From contig OZ239628.1 in NCBI GenBank assembly GCA_965195345.1, forward strand, positions 803,339-835,338: a stretch of 32,000 bases of DNA, read 5' to 3'. Origin of the DNA: an uncultured Thiomicrospira sp. Its GTDB lineage: Bacteria; Pseudomonadota; Gammaproteobacteria; CAKMZV01. The number at the start of each line of letters is the position of its first letter. The first letter of the stretch is position 1. The position numbers were made by a program, and so were the translations under genes. The notes under the pieces were generated by a model that searched no databases, was not told where the DNA came from, and saw nothing but the letters and a program-made list of their open reading frames with translations. Shown here in pieces: positions 13,515 through 22,400 of this stretch.

Positions 13515-15986
13515 ATGTTAAAGAATTCAGAGAAAAAAATATATCACGTAAGTTGGGGGTCTCTACTACTTTTTGTCTTTTTATCTGCCTGTGGTGGTGG
13601 CGGTGGCGGTGGCGGTGATACAGCACCTCCGATTATTGCGAGCACAACACCAAATTTAAGTGTATCGACCAATGCCATAACACTCAATGAAGATTTTGGC
13701 ACTTTTATCATCAACACCACTGCTACCGATGCAGAAGATGGAACGTTGTCAGTAACCGTATCTGGACAGGCAGGCTTGATAACCACTGATATCACCACTG
13801 ATAGAATTACCTTAAATTCTGTTGCCAATGCTAATGGCGTAACTACACTTACTGTACGTGCTACCGATAGCGGAAATCTCTCCGCTTCCACCGAAGTAGT
13901 TGTCACCATCAACGCCGTCAATGATGCTCCAACGTTAAGTTTATCAACTACAAACTTAATCTTATTACCCAATAGTACTGGTAGGATAACTGCCGTTTTT
14001 TCGGATGTGGAAACAAGTAGTAACGCATTGAATTTTGCGTTCCCAGTAAATACAGCTTTGGTGCAGGCGAGTAGGGAAGGCAATGATGTCATCGTGCTGA
14101 TATCGAGTGTTGTTGCAGGCTCAACTACTTTTGTTGTTACCGTCACTGATCAAGGTAACTTAAGCGCTTCAGCAACAGCTCGAGTTACTGTTCTCTCTAA
14201 TGCTTTGGATGTCGCGTTAAATGTTAAACGCATTGATTTTTCTTGGGGCAACTTCCCTGAAGCAAATCATTACCGCATGCTCAGTAATGTCGATTTAAAC
14301 GCTGGTGGTGGTTTTATTGATGCTAGTAGTGCAAACTTGGTATTTTTGCCAAATAGTACAAATATTATCAATACTACAGTCTCTGCAATAGTGGATGTAG
14401 CACGCTATCTTCCTGCGGTTAATGATCCGCAGTATCTGCTACAAGCTTGTACCAGTGTGGATGATTCCGTTTGTTCTAATCTTGCGGAAGGAACTCTGAC
14501 CAATGCTCAGTTAGAAGGATTGATTGGTTATTTCAAAGCTTCTAATACGGGAATGGGAGATATATTTGGTGATGCTGTAGCAATAAGTGGTGATGGTAAT
14601 ACGCTTGCAGTCGGTGCTGCTTTTGAGGACAGCGACGCCAGGGGCATCAACGGGGATCAATCAGACAATGATGCAGGTAACGCTGGTGCAGTGTATGTTT
14701 TTGTACGCAACAGTGCAGGAACATGGACACAACAAGCATACATTAAAGCCTCGAACTCACAAGGAAATGATCAATTCGCTGCCAGTGTAGACCTAAGCAA
14801 TGATGGTAATACCTTATTGGTTGGTGCACGTTTTGAAGGGAGTGGCGCTACTGGTATTAACGGTGATCAATCCAACAATAATCTTGACCAATCTGGTGCA
14901 GGCTATATTTTTGTACGCAACAGTGGAGGCACATGGAACCAGCAAGCTTACGTCAAAGCCTCTAATACGGGTCGGATTGATCAATTTGGTGCAGCTATAG
15001 CAATAAGCGGTGAAAGTGGTGCTACCGCATTTGTTGGTGCGCCAAATGAGGACAGTGGTGCGACTGGCATCAACGGTAATGAATCTGATAGTGTTGGTGC
15101 TGTAACTAACTCTGGTGCAGTCTATGCTTTTGTGCGTGATAGCATTGGTGCGTGGAGTCAACAAGCCTATATCAAAGCATCTAATACAGGAGCTGAAGAT
15201 GATTTTGGTGAAGTTTTATCAGCGAGTAGAAATGGCAATACCGTCATCGTTGGTGCGCCAAATGAGGACAGCGTTGCCACGGGCATCAACGGGGATCAAT
15301 TAGACAATTCTACAGCTAACTCTGGTGCAGCCTATGTTTTCGTGCGTAGTAGTACGGATACATGGAGTCAACAAGCCTATATCAAAGCCTCTAATACAGG
15401 ATTTACTGATCGGTTTGGTGGAGCTGTATCGATAAGTGGTGATGGTAATACCATAGTCGTTGGTTCATCTTTTGAAGACAGCAACTCTACCGGTGTTAAT
15501 GGGGTTCAAACGAATAATGGCGCAAGCAACTCTGGTGCAGCCTATGTTTTTGTGCGCAGTAGTACGGGCAGATGGAGTCAACAAGCCTACCTAAAAGCCT
15601 CCAATACAGATACAAATGATCAATTTGGTATAGCTTTAGCAATAAGCGGTGATGGTAACTCCATCATTGTTGGTGCAGTTGGGGAAGGAAGCGATGCCAC
15701 AGGTATTAACGGTGTTCAAAGCAATGATCTCTCAAATAGGGGACCTCGTGGTGCAGCCTATCTCTTTGTGCGTAGTGGTACGACATGGAGTCAACAAGCC
15801 TACATCAAATCCTCGAATACAGGTATTTTGGATGAGTTTGGTAACTCTGTTTCAATAAGTAATGATGGTAAAACGTTTGCTGTTGGTGCACCCACTGAAG
15901 ATAGCACTGCCACCGGCATTAATGGCGATCAATCAAATAATGGTACTGGTATTGGTTCAAATGCTGGTGCAGTGTATTTGTATTAG
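13515..15986 (+). CDS. Paralog 3: 823-aa predicted lipoprotein, the shortest stalk (2 Ig-like units), with an FN3-like neck and a 7-blade FG-GAP propeller
   Basis: ATG at 13515 follows GTGAGGA (13504-13510). The N-terminus MLKNSEKKIYHVSWGSLLLFVFLSAC carries lipobox LSAC (Cys codon 13590-13592), followed by Gly x8. Neck 14217-14528, blades 14529-15983. Ends GAVYLY, TAG. Confidence 0.95.
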   Translation: MLKNSEKKIYHVSWGSLLLFVFLSACGGGGGGGGDTAPPIIASTTPNLSVSTNAITLNEDFGTFIINTTATDAEDGTLSVTVSGQAGLITTDITTDRITLNSVANANGVTTLTVRATDSGNLSASTEVVVTINAVNDAPTLSLSTTNLILLPNSTGRITAVFSDVETSSNALNFAFPVNTALVQASREGNDVIVLISSVVAGSTTFVVTVTDQGNLSASATARVTVLSNALDVALNVKRIDFSWGNFPEANHYRMLSNVDLNAGGGFIDASSANLVFLPNSTNIINTTVSAIVDVARYLPAVNDPQYLLQACTSVDDSVCSNLAEGTLTNAQLEGLIGYFKASNTGMGDIFGDAVAISGDGNTLAVGAAFEDSDARGINGDQSDNDAGNAGAVYVFVRNSAGTWTQQAYIKASNSQGNDQFAASVDLSNDGNTLLVGARFEGSGATGINGDQSNNNLDQSGAGYIFVRNSGGTWNQQAYVKASNTGRIDQFGAAIAISGESGATAFVGAPNEDSGATGINGNESDSVGAVTNSGAVYAFVRDSIGAWSQQAYIKASNTGAEDDFGEVLSASRNGNTVIVGAPNEDSVATGINGDQLDNSTANSGAAYVFVRSSTDTWSQQAYIKASNTGFTDRFGGAVSISGDGNTIVVGSSFEDSNSTGVNGVQTNNGASNSGAAYVFVRSSTGRWSQQAYLKASNTDTNDQFGIALAISGDGNSIIVGAVGEGSDATGINGVQSNDLSNRGPRGAAYLFVRSGTTWSQQAYIKSSNTGILDEFGNSVSISNDGKTFAVGAPTEDSTATGINGDQSNNGTGIGSNAGAVYLY
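13593..13616 (+). repeat. (GGY)8 in-frame microsatellite encoding Gly8 directly after the lipobox Cys of paralog 3
   Basis: ggt ggt ggc ggt ggc ggt ggc ggt, then gat. Confidence 0.9.
14217..15983 (+). other. Paralog 3 C-terminal head: FN3-like neck (14217-14528) plus seven FG-GAP blades (14529-15983)
   Basis: KRIDFSWGNFPEANHYRML neck. Seven blade cores: FGDAVAISGDGNT, FAASVDLSNDGNT, FGAAIAISGESGAT, FGEVLSASRNGNT, FGGAVSISGDGNT, FGIALAISGDGNS, FGNSVSISNDGKT. Confidence 0.75.
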
Positions 15987-16235
15987 AAGACGTATATAGC
16001 TAAAAGGCAATTAGAGTTGTTTGATTACTCGAGCATTATGTGTTCATCAGGAGAACAGGCGCACAACTTTCTTACTTAACGTTTCGCTGTAAATGTTATG
16101 AACTGTTTGCGAATTTTCTCATGCTTTAATTTGTAATGATTGAGATTGCTGGATTGTAGATATATTGCTTTTATCAAACACATAAACTGTTGTGATAATT
16201 GTGATTTCATAGTTAAAAATAAAATATAGGCCTAA
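15987..16235 (+). promoter_or_regulatory. Full-length conserved intergenic cassette upstream of paralog 4
   Basis: Aligns along its whole length with 19203-19449 and 23923-24170. TGTAAT 16132-16137. Proximal TTGTGA 16190-16195 with an A/T-rich hexamer 17-18 nt downstream. Confidence 0.4.
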
Positions 16236-19202
16236 ATGAAAATGAAACATTTAAAGTGCTGGGGGTTTCTATTGTCACTTGTTTTTCTATCTGCCTGCGG
16301 TGGCGGCGGCGGTGGCGGTGGCGGTGATACAGCACCTCCGATTATTGCGAGCACAACACCAAATTTAAGTGTATCGACCAATGCCGTAACACTCAATGAA
16401 GATTTTGGCACTTTTATCATCAACACCACTGCTACCGATGTAGAAGATGGAACGTTGTCAGTAACCGTATCTGGACAGGCTGGTTTGCTAACCACTGATA
16501 TTACCACTGGTCGAATTACCCTAACTTCTGTTGCCAATGCTAACGGCGTAACTACACTTACTGTACGTGCTACCGATAGCGGAAATCTCTCTGCTACCAC
16601 CGAAGTGGTTGTCACCATCAATGATGCTCCAACATTGACACTATCAACAACGAACCTCAGCCTCAGTGAAGATTTTGGCACTTTTGTCATCAACACCACA
16701 GCAAGTGATGCAGAAGATGGCGTGCTTCCCGTTGCAGTGACTGGACAAGATGCCAGTCTATTCGCCGTAACCACTTCTACCGATCAGATAATACTTACCT
16801 CCGTTGCTAATGCTAACGGCATAGCTACGCTTACAGTAAGCATTGTTGATAGTGGAAATCTCTCCGCTACCACCGAAGTGGTTGTTGTTGTCAATGCCAG
16901 TCCTACATTGACACTATCAACAACGAACCTCAGCCTCAATGAAGATTTTGGCACTTTTATCATCAACACCACTGCTACCGATGTAGAAGATGGAACGTTG
17001 TCAGTAACCGTATCTGGACAGGCTGGTTTGCTAACCACTGATATTACCACTGGTCGAATTACCCTAACTTCTGTTGCCAATGCTAACGGCGTAACCACAC
17101 TTACTGTACGTGCTACCGATAGCGGAAATCTCTCTGCTACCACCGAAGTGGTTGTCACCATCAATGATGCTCCAACGTTAAGTTTATCAACTACAAACTT
17201 AATCTTATTACCCAATAGTACTGGTAGGATAACTGCCGTTTTTGCGGATGTGGAAACAAGTAGTAACTTATTGACTTTTGTGATACAAGAAAATACAGCT
17301 TTGGTGCGGGTGAGTAGGCAAGGCAATGATGTCATCGTGCTGAGATCGAACACTGCGGCAGGCTCAACTACTTTAGTTGTTACCGTCACTGATGAAGGTG
17401 GGGCAAGCGCCTCAGAAACAGTTCGAGTTACTGTTCTCTCTAATGTTTTGAATGTCGCGTTAAATGTTAAACGCATTGATTTTTCTTGGGGCAACTTCCC
17501 TGAAGCAAATCATTACCGCATGCTCAGTAATGTCGATTTAACCGCTGGTGGTGGCTTTGTTGATGCTAGTAGTGCAAACTTGGTATTTTTGCCAAATAGT
17601 ACAAATATTATCAATACTACAGTCTCTGCAATAGTGGATGTAGCACGCTATCTTTCTGCGGTTAATGGACCAGAGTATCTGCTGCAAGCTTGTACCAGTG
17701 TGGACAACTCAGTTTGTTCTAATCTTGCGCAACAAACTCTGACCAATGCTCAGTTAGAAGGATTGATTGGTTACTTCAAAGCTTCTAATACAGGTGCTGA
17801 TGATAGGTTTGGTAGGGCTGTAGCAATAAGTGGTGATGGTAATACGCTTGCAGTCGGTGCTGCTTTTGAGGACAGCGACGCCAGGGGTATTAACGGCGGA
17901 ACAAATGATGCCCTCGCCGACTCTGGTGCAGTGTATGTTTTTGTACGCAACAGTGCAGGAACATGGGCACAACAAGCATACATTAAAGCCTCGAACTCAG
18001 GAGGAGATGATCAATTCGGTGCCAGTGTAGACCTAAGTAATGATGGTAATACCTTATTGGTTGGTGCACGTTTTGAGGACAGCGATGCGACTGGCATTAA
18101 CGGTGATGAAACAAACAATGATTCAAGAGCCTCTGGTGCAGCCTATATTTTTGTACGCAACAGTGGAGGCACATGGAGCCAACAAGCTTACGCCAAAGCC
18201 TCTAATACAGGATCTGATGATGACTTTGGTGAGGCTGTAGCAATAAGTGGTGATGGTAATACGCTAATTGTTGGTGCATCTGGTGAGGACAGCACCGCCA
18301 CGGGCATCAACGGGGATCAATTAGACAATTCTACAGCTAACTCTGGTGCAGCCTATGTTTTTGTGCGTAGTAGTACTGGTACATGGAGTCAACAAGTCTA
18401 CCTTAAAGCATCTAATGCAGAAGCCGGTGATAATTTTGGTAGAGCTTTATCGGCGAGCAGTAATGGCAATACCGTCATCGTTGCTGCGCCAAGTGAGGAC
18501 AGCGCTGCCACTGGCATCAATGGGAATCAATTAAATAATTCTACAGCTAACTCTGGTGCGGTCTATGTTTTCGTGCGTAGTAGTACTGGTACATGGAGTC
18601 AACAAGCCTATGTTAAAGCCTCTAATACAGGAACTAATGATGATTTTGGTTTTGCCTTGTCACTGAGCGATGATGGTAATACCATGGTCGTTGGTGCGCC
18701 TGCTGAAGACAGCAATTCTACCGGTGTTAATGGGGTTCAAACGAATAATGGCGTAAGTAACTCTGGTGCAGTCTATGTTTTTGTACGTAGTAGTACGGGC
18801 AGCTGGCGTCAACAAGCATATCTAAAAGCCTCCAATACAGATAATGACGATCTATTTGGTCATGCTGTAGCAATAAGCGGTGATGGTAATTCCATCATTG
18901 TTGGTGCAGTAGCTGAAGAAAGCGATGCCACAGGTATTAACGGCGATCAAACAAGCAATGCTACACGTTTTTCTGGTGCAGCCTATCTTTTTGTGCGTAG
19001 TGGTACGACATGGAGTCAACAAGCCTACATCAAAACAACGAACCCAGGCTTTTTTGATGAGTTTGGTGACGCTGTTTCAATAAGTAATGATGGTAAAACG
19101 TTTGCTGTTGGCGCACGCAATGAAGAAAGCAGTGCCACTGGTATCAATGGTGATCAAACAAACAATAGTCAAGATAACGCTGGTGCAGTGTATTTGTATT
19201 AA
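16236..19202 (+). CDS. Paralog 4: 988-aa predicted lipoprotein with 4 Ig-like units (A-B-A plus terminal), an FN3-like neck and a 7-blade FG-GAP propeller
   Basis: ATG at 16236; a second in-frame ATG at 16242 is an equally possible start. MKMKHLKCWGFLLSLVFLSAC carries lipobox LSAC (Cys codon 16296-16298), followed by Gly x9. Neck 17460-17771, blades 17772-19199. Ends GAVYLY, TAA. The head is most similar to that of paralog 3. Confidence 0.95.
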   Translation: MKMKHLKCWGFLLSLVFLSACGGGGGGGGGDTAPPIIASTTPNLSVSTNAVTLNEDFGTFIINTTATDVEDGTLSVTVSGQAGLLTTDITTGRITLTSVANANGVTTLTVRATDSGNLSATTEVVVTINDAPTLTLSTTNLSLSEDFGTFVINTTASDAEDGVLPVAVTGQDASLFAVTTSTDQIILTSVANANGIATLTVSIVDSGNLSATTEVVVVVNASPTLTLSTTNLSLNEDFGTFIINTTATDVEDGTLSVTVSGQAGLLTTDITTGRITLTSVANANGVTTLTVRATDSGNLSATTEVVVTINDAPTLSLSTTNLILLPNSTGRITAVFADVETSSNLLTFVIQENTALVRVSRQGNDVIVLRSNTAAGSTTLVVTVTDEGGASASETVRVTVLSNVLNVALNVKRIDFSWGNFPEANHYRMLSNVDLTAGGGFVDASSANLVFLPNSTNIINTTVSAIVDVARYLSAVNGPEYLLQACTSVDNSVCSNLAQQTLTNAQLEGLIGYFKASNTGADDRFGRAVAISGDGNTLAVGAAFEDSDARGINGGTNDALADSGAVYVFVRNSAGTWAQQAYIKASNSGGDDQFGASVDLSNDGNTLLVGARFEDSDATGINGDETNNDSRASGAAYIFVRNSGGTWSQQAYAKASNTGSDDDFGEAVAISGDGNTLIVGASGEDSTATGINGDQLDNSTANSGAAYVFVRSSTGTWSQQVYLKASNAEAGDNFGRALSASSNGNTVIVAAPSEDSAATGINGNQLNNSTANSGAVYVFVRSSTGTWSQQAYVKASNTGTNDDFGFALSLSDDGNTMVVGAPAEDSNSTGVNGVQTNNGVSNSGAVYVFVRSSTGSWRQQAYLKASNTDNDDLFGHAVAISGDGNSIIVGAVAEESDATGINGDQTSNATRFSGAAYLFVRSGTTWSQQAYIKTTNPGFFDEFGDAVSISNDGKTFAVGARNEESSATGINGDQTNNSQDNAGAVYLY
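16299..16325 (+). repeat. (GGY)9 in-frame microsatellite encoding Gly9 directly after the lipobox Cys of paralog 4
   Basis: ggt ggc ggc ggc ggt ggc ggt ggc ggt, then gat. Confidence 0.9.
16359..17171 (+). repeat. A-B-A unit block in paralog 4: A1 16359-16628, gene-2-type B unit 16629-16901, A2 16902-17171
   Basis: A1 (about 16395-16628) and A2 (about 16938-17171) lie 543 nt apart. By eye they differ at one base (ggcgtaacT vs ggcgtaacC) over about 237 nt. The unit between them reads like the paralog 2 B consensus (DGVLPVAVTGQDASLFAVTTSTDQIILTSVANANGIATLTVSIVDSGNLSATTEVVVVVN). Confidence 0.9.
17460..19199 (+). other. Paralog 4 C-terminal head: FN3-like neck (17460-17771) plus seven FG-GAP blades (17772-19199)
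   Basis: Same motifs. Seven cores: FGRAVAISGDGNT, FGASVDLSNDGNT, FGEAVAISGDGNT, FGRALSASSNGNT, FGFALSLSDDGNT, FGHAVAISGDGNS, FGDAVSISNDGKT. Confidence 0.75.
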
Positions 19203-19449
19203 ATACGTATATAGCTAAAAGGCAATTAGAGTTGCTTGATTAACCCACCATTATGTATTCATCAGGAGAACAGGCGCACAACTTTTTTACTTAATGTTTC
19301 GCTGTAAATGTTATGAACTGTTTGCATGTTTTCTCATGCTTTAATTTATAATGATTAGGATTGCTGGATTGTAGACATACTGCTTTTATCAAACACATAA
19401 ACTGTTGTGATAATTGTGATTTCATAGTTAAAATAAAATATAGGACTAA
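19203..19449 (+). promoter_or_regulatory. Full-length conserved intergenic cassette upstream of paralog 5, with two candidate sigma70-like promoters
   Basis: Distal candidate: TTGCAT 19322-19327, 19 nt, TATAAT 19347-19352. Proximal candidate: TTGTGA 19405-19410, 18 nt, TAAAAT 19429-19434; this would leave only about a 10-nt leader. Direct repeat TTGTGAT at 19405-19411 and 19414-19420. AGGA at 19442-19445. Confidence 0.4.
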
Positions 19450-22400
19450 ATGAAAATGAACCATTTAAAGTGCTGGGGATTTCTATTATCACTCGTTTTT
19501 TTATCTGCCTGTGGCGGTGGGGGTGGCGGCGATTCAACACCTCCGTCTACTAATACAGCACCAAGTTTAAGTCTCTCTGTCAATGCCCTAATGCTTGATG
19601 AAGATTTTGGCACTTTTGTCATCAATACCACTGCAACCGATGCAGAAGATGGGACACTGTCCGTAACTGTATCTGGACAGGCTGGTTTGCTAACCACTGA
19701 TGTCACCACTGGTCGAATTACCCTAACTTCTATTGCCAATGCTAACGGCACAACTACACTTACTGTACGTGCTACCGATAGCGGAAACCTCTCTGCTACC
19801 ACCGAAGTAGTTGTCACCATTAACGCCATCAATGATGCCCCGACATTTACTCTTGCTACAACAAACATTACTATCGTTGAAAATGCCACTGCTCGTCAAA
19901 CGATTTCCATTCCCAATGTAGTCGATGTTGACGGAAACGCACTGACCTTTTCAGTCATTGCCTCCACTTCTTTATTTAGTACTAACCCAACACCTGTTGT
20001 GTCTTTTTCAGATACAAGGGTGATAATCTCCGATACACAACCTACAGCTCAACTCTATTACAGCCTACTGCCCGACGTCACAGGCTCTGGCTTCATTCAA
20101 ATTGCTTTAACAGATGGCATAGAGACCCAACGTACGACCGTTACTGTTACTGTTACAGAAGTTAGAACTCCACCCCAAATTACCCAAGACTTTAGAACAC
20201 ATCGCTTCTTTGATGCGCGTGCAACGCGTGTAGGCGCTGTTGGAGGTGTCTTATTTGCAGCACGAGGTGCATTTACTGGATCGACTGAAACAACCTCAAC
20301 AGATGGTACGGGGAATTTTAGTAATCAATTAAACTTTGTCCGTTCCTTAGGAGGGAGTTTAGCCGAACTTTACACTGAGGAAACATACAACGCTTTATTG
20401 GGTTCTGTTTTGGTTTCCAATGGCACTGCAACAGCAGACTTTAATGATGATCGTTTTTGGCTTGGACTCACTGATACACCCAATGCTTTTGGCGCTTCTG
20501 TGTCAGATCAATCTTCCTCATTAGAGCGTTATTTTTGGTTGTCTGGTCAGCGGGTGTCACAAGGATTAGGTATTTCTCGTATAGAAGTTCCAGGAGTGTA
20601 CATAGGCTGGGGGTCATCCGCCCCAACTGCAAGCAATGAGCCCTGTGCTAATTTGATTCTTGGTGCCGAAGTATCTGCAGGGCTCAGACCTTGGGCAAGT
20701 ACTGGGTGCGATGGATCATCATCTGCTACTTTCAATGTGCTAAAAGCGTTGATGCAGTTCCCAAATGGCTTACCTACTACTTCTTCAATGATTGTTCAAG
20801 CGAGGCTCCCAATCACCCGTATTCGTTTAAGTGGTTATGATCTTGATGGTTCAGATAATACATTGTCTTGGCAAGTTACCGATGCATCTGGTGGTGGTAT
20901 CACTACTTCCACAGTCTATAGCAGTACTGGCGCACAAACCTTAGAGATTTCTTACACTCCTGTGAGCGGCTTTTCAGGCACTGCGACCCTTGTTGTAAGC
21001 TTAGATGATGGTGATAGTGCTACGCAAAATAGTACTGCCCGTGTATTGGTGGTTAATAACACACCAACTTTAATATTTTCCACCAATACTGTCAGCTTAG
21101 ATGAAGACTTTACCAGATTCGTCATTAACACCACTGCAACCGATGCAGCAGGGATAATCGACTTTAGTGTTAGCACAGGAAACGGTATTGTTTTTGTAAC
21201 CACCTCTGCTAATGCGATTACACTGCAATCACTTTCGAATATAAATGGTGCTGTAACCTTAACAGTCGTTGCGGATAGTGGTCTTTTGACAAATACACAG
21301 ACGATTAGCGTTGTGGTTAATCCAGTTAATGACACTCCCACGCTGTCTTTATCTGTGACGCAAAGGGTGCTTGCTCAAAACTTTGGCACTTTCGTCATCA
21401 ACACCACTGCAACCGATGTGGATTCAGGCCCATTGGGCTTTAGTGTCAGTACAGGTAATGGCATTGTTAATGTAACAACCTCTGTCAATACGATTACTCT
21501 GCAATCACTCGCTAATGTCATAGGCGATGTTACGTTAACGGTTAGCGTAAGCGATGGACTATTGACGACGACACAGTCCATTTTTATAACCGTTAGTAGA
21601 CCGTTTACGTTTGAAGTATCGACAAACACTATCGTTTTAGATGAAGATTTTAATACCTTCATTATTAACACCACTGCAACGGCTGCAGATGGGACTATAT
21701 TACCTATTTCAGTGGTGCAGAGCAGCTCTAACCTACTTACATTCAGCACTATAACTGGGCGCATTACCCTTTCATCTATTGCGAATGCTAATGGAGTAAC
21801 AACCCTTACCGTGAGTGCAGCTAATCAAAATGGACTAACGAACACGACAGAAGTAGCCATTACCGTTAATTCCGTTAATGATACTCCCACACTCAGTTTA
21901 TCAAGTACAGACTTAACTTTCTCACCTAATGGAACCGGTTTTATAACTGCTTTTGGTGCGGATGTGGAAACAAGCAGTGCCTCATTGATCTATTCTGTAC
22001 AACAAAACCCATCTTTGTTACAGGTGAGTACACCAGGCAATGTCATCGTACTGAGAGCGGGTGATACTACAGGCTCGACCACTTTAGTGATCACCGTTAC
22101 TGATGGCGGTGGTTCAAGCGCTTCAGCAACCGCTCGAGTTACTGTTTTATCAGGTGTTTTGAATGCTTTGAATGTAAGTTTAAATGTTAAACGCATTAAC
22201 TTTTCTTGGAACACACTTCCTACAGCAAATCATTACCGCATGCTTAGCAATGTTGATTTGAATGCTGGTGGTGGTTTTGTTGATGCCAGTAGCGCAGGCT
22301 TGGTGTTTGTACCGAATAGTACGAATATTATCAATACTACAGTCTCTGCAACAGTGGATGTAGCAGGCTATCTTTCTACGGCTGATGGACCACAGTACCT

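Noticed and set aside
13533-13539. An A7 homopolymer in the first codons of paralog 3 as a slipped-strand phase-variation switch
   Set aside because: Seven A residues is short for an efficient contingency tract. The tract simply encodes the Lys-rich n-region of the signal peptide (SEKKIY). No comparable tract exists in the other paralogs.
13544-17494. Longer antisense ORFs (13544..14146, 200 aa; 16232..16774, 180 aa; 16784..17494, 236 aa) and similar ones opposite paralogs 1, 5, 6 and 7
   Set aside because: They lie entirely within the + strand genes and include a poly-Pro translation of the antisense poly-Gly tract. They are best explained by the codon composition of the sense genes, which has few codons that read as stops in the antisense direction.
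19355-19540. A 61-aa minus-strand ORF spanning the spacer and the start of paralog 5 (an identical copy lies at 24076..24261)
   Set aside because: The duplication of the whole 4.7-kb unit explains its conservation. It overlaps the signal-peptide coding region in antisense, has a biased basic, low-complexity sequence, and has no RBS.
20191-20760. Possibility that the C-type-lectin-like domain is a diversity-generating retroelement (DGR) target
   Set aside because: No reverse transcriptase or template repeat is present in the window. The domain is mid-protein rather than C-terminal. The substitutions I could see between the paralog 5 and 6 copies (T/G x3, G/C, G/T on the coding strand) show no pattern confined to adenine positions.
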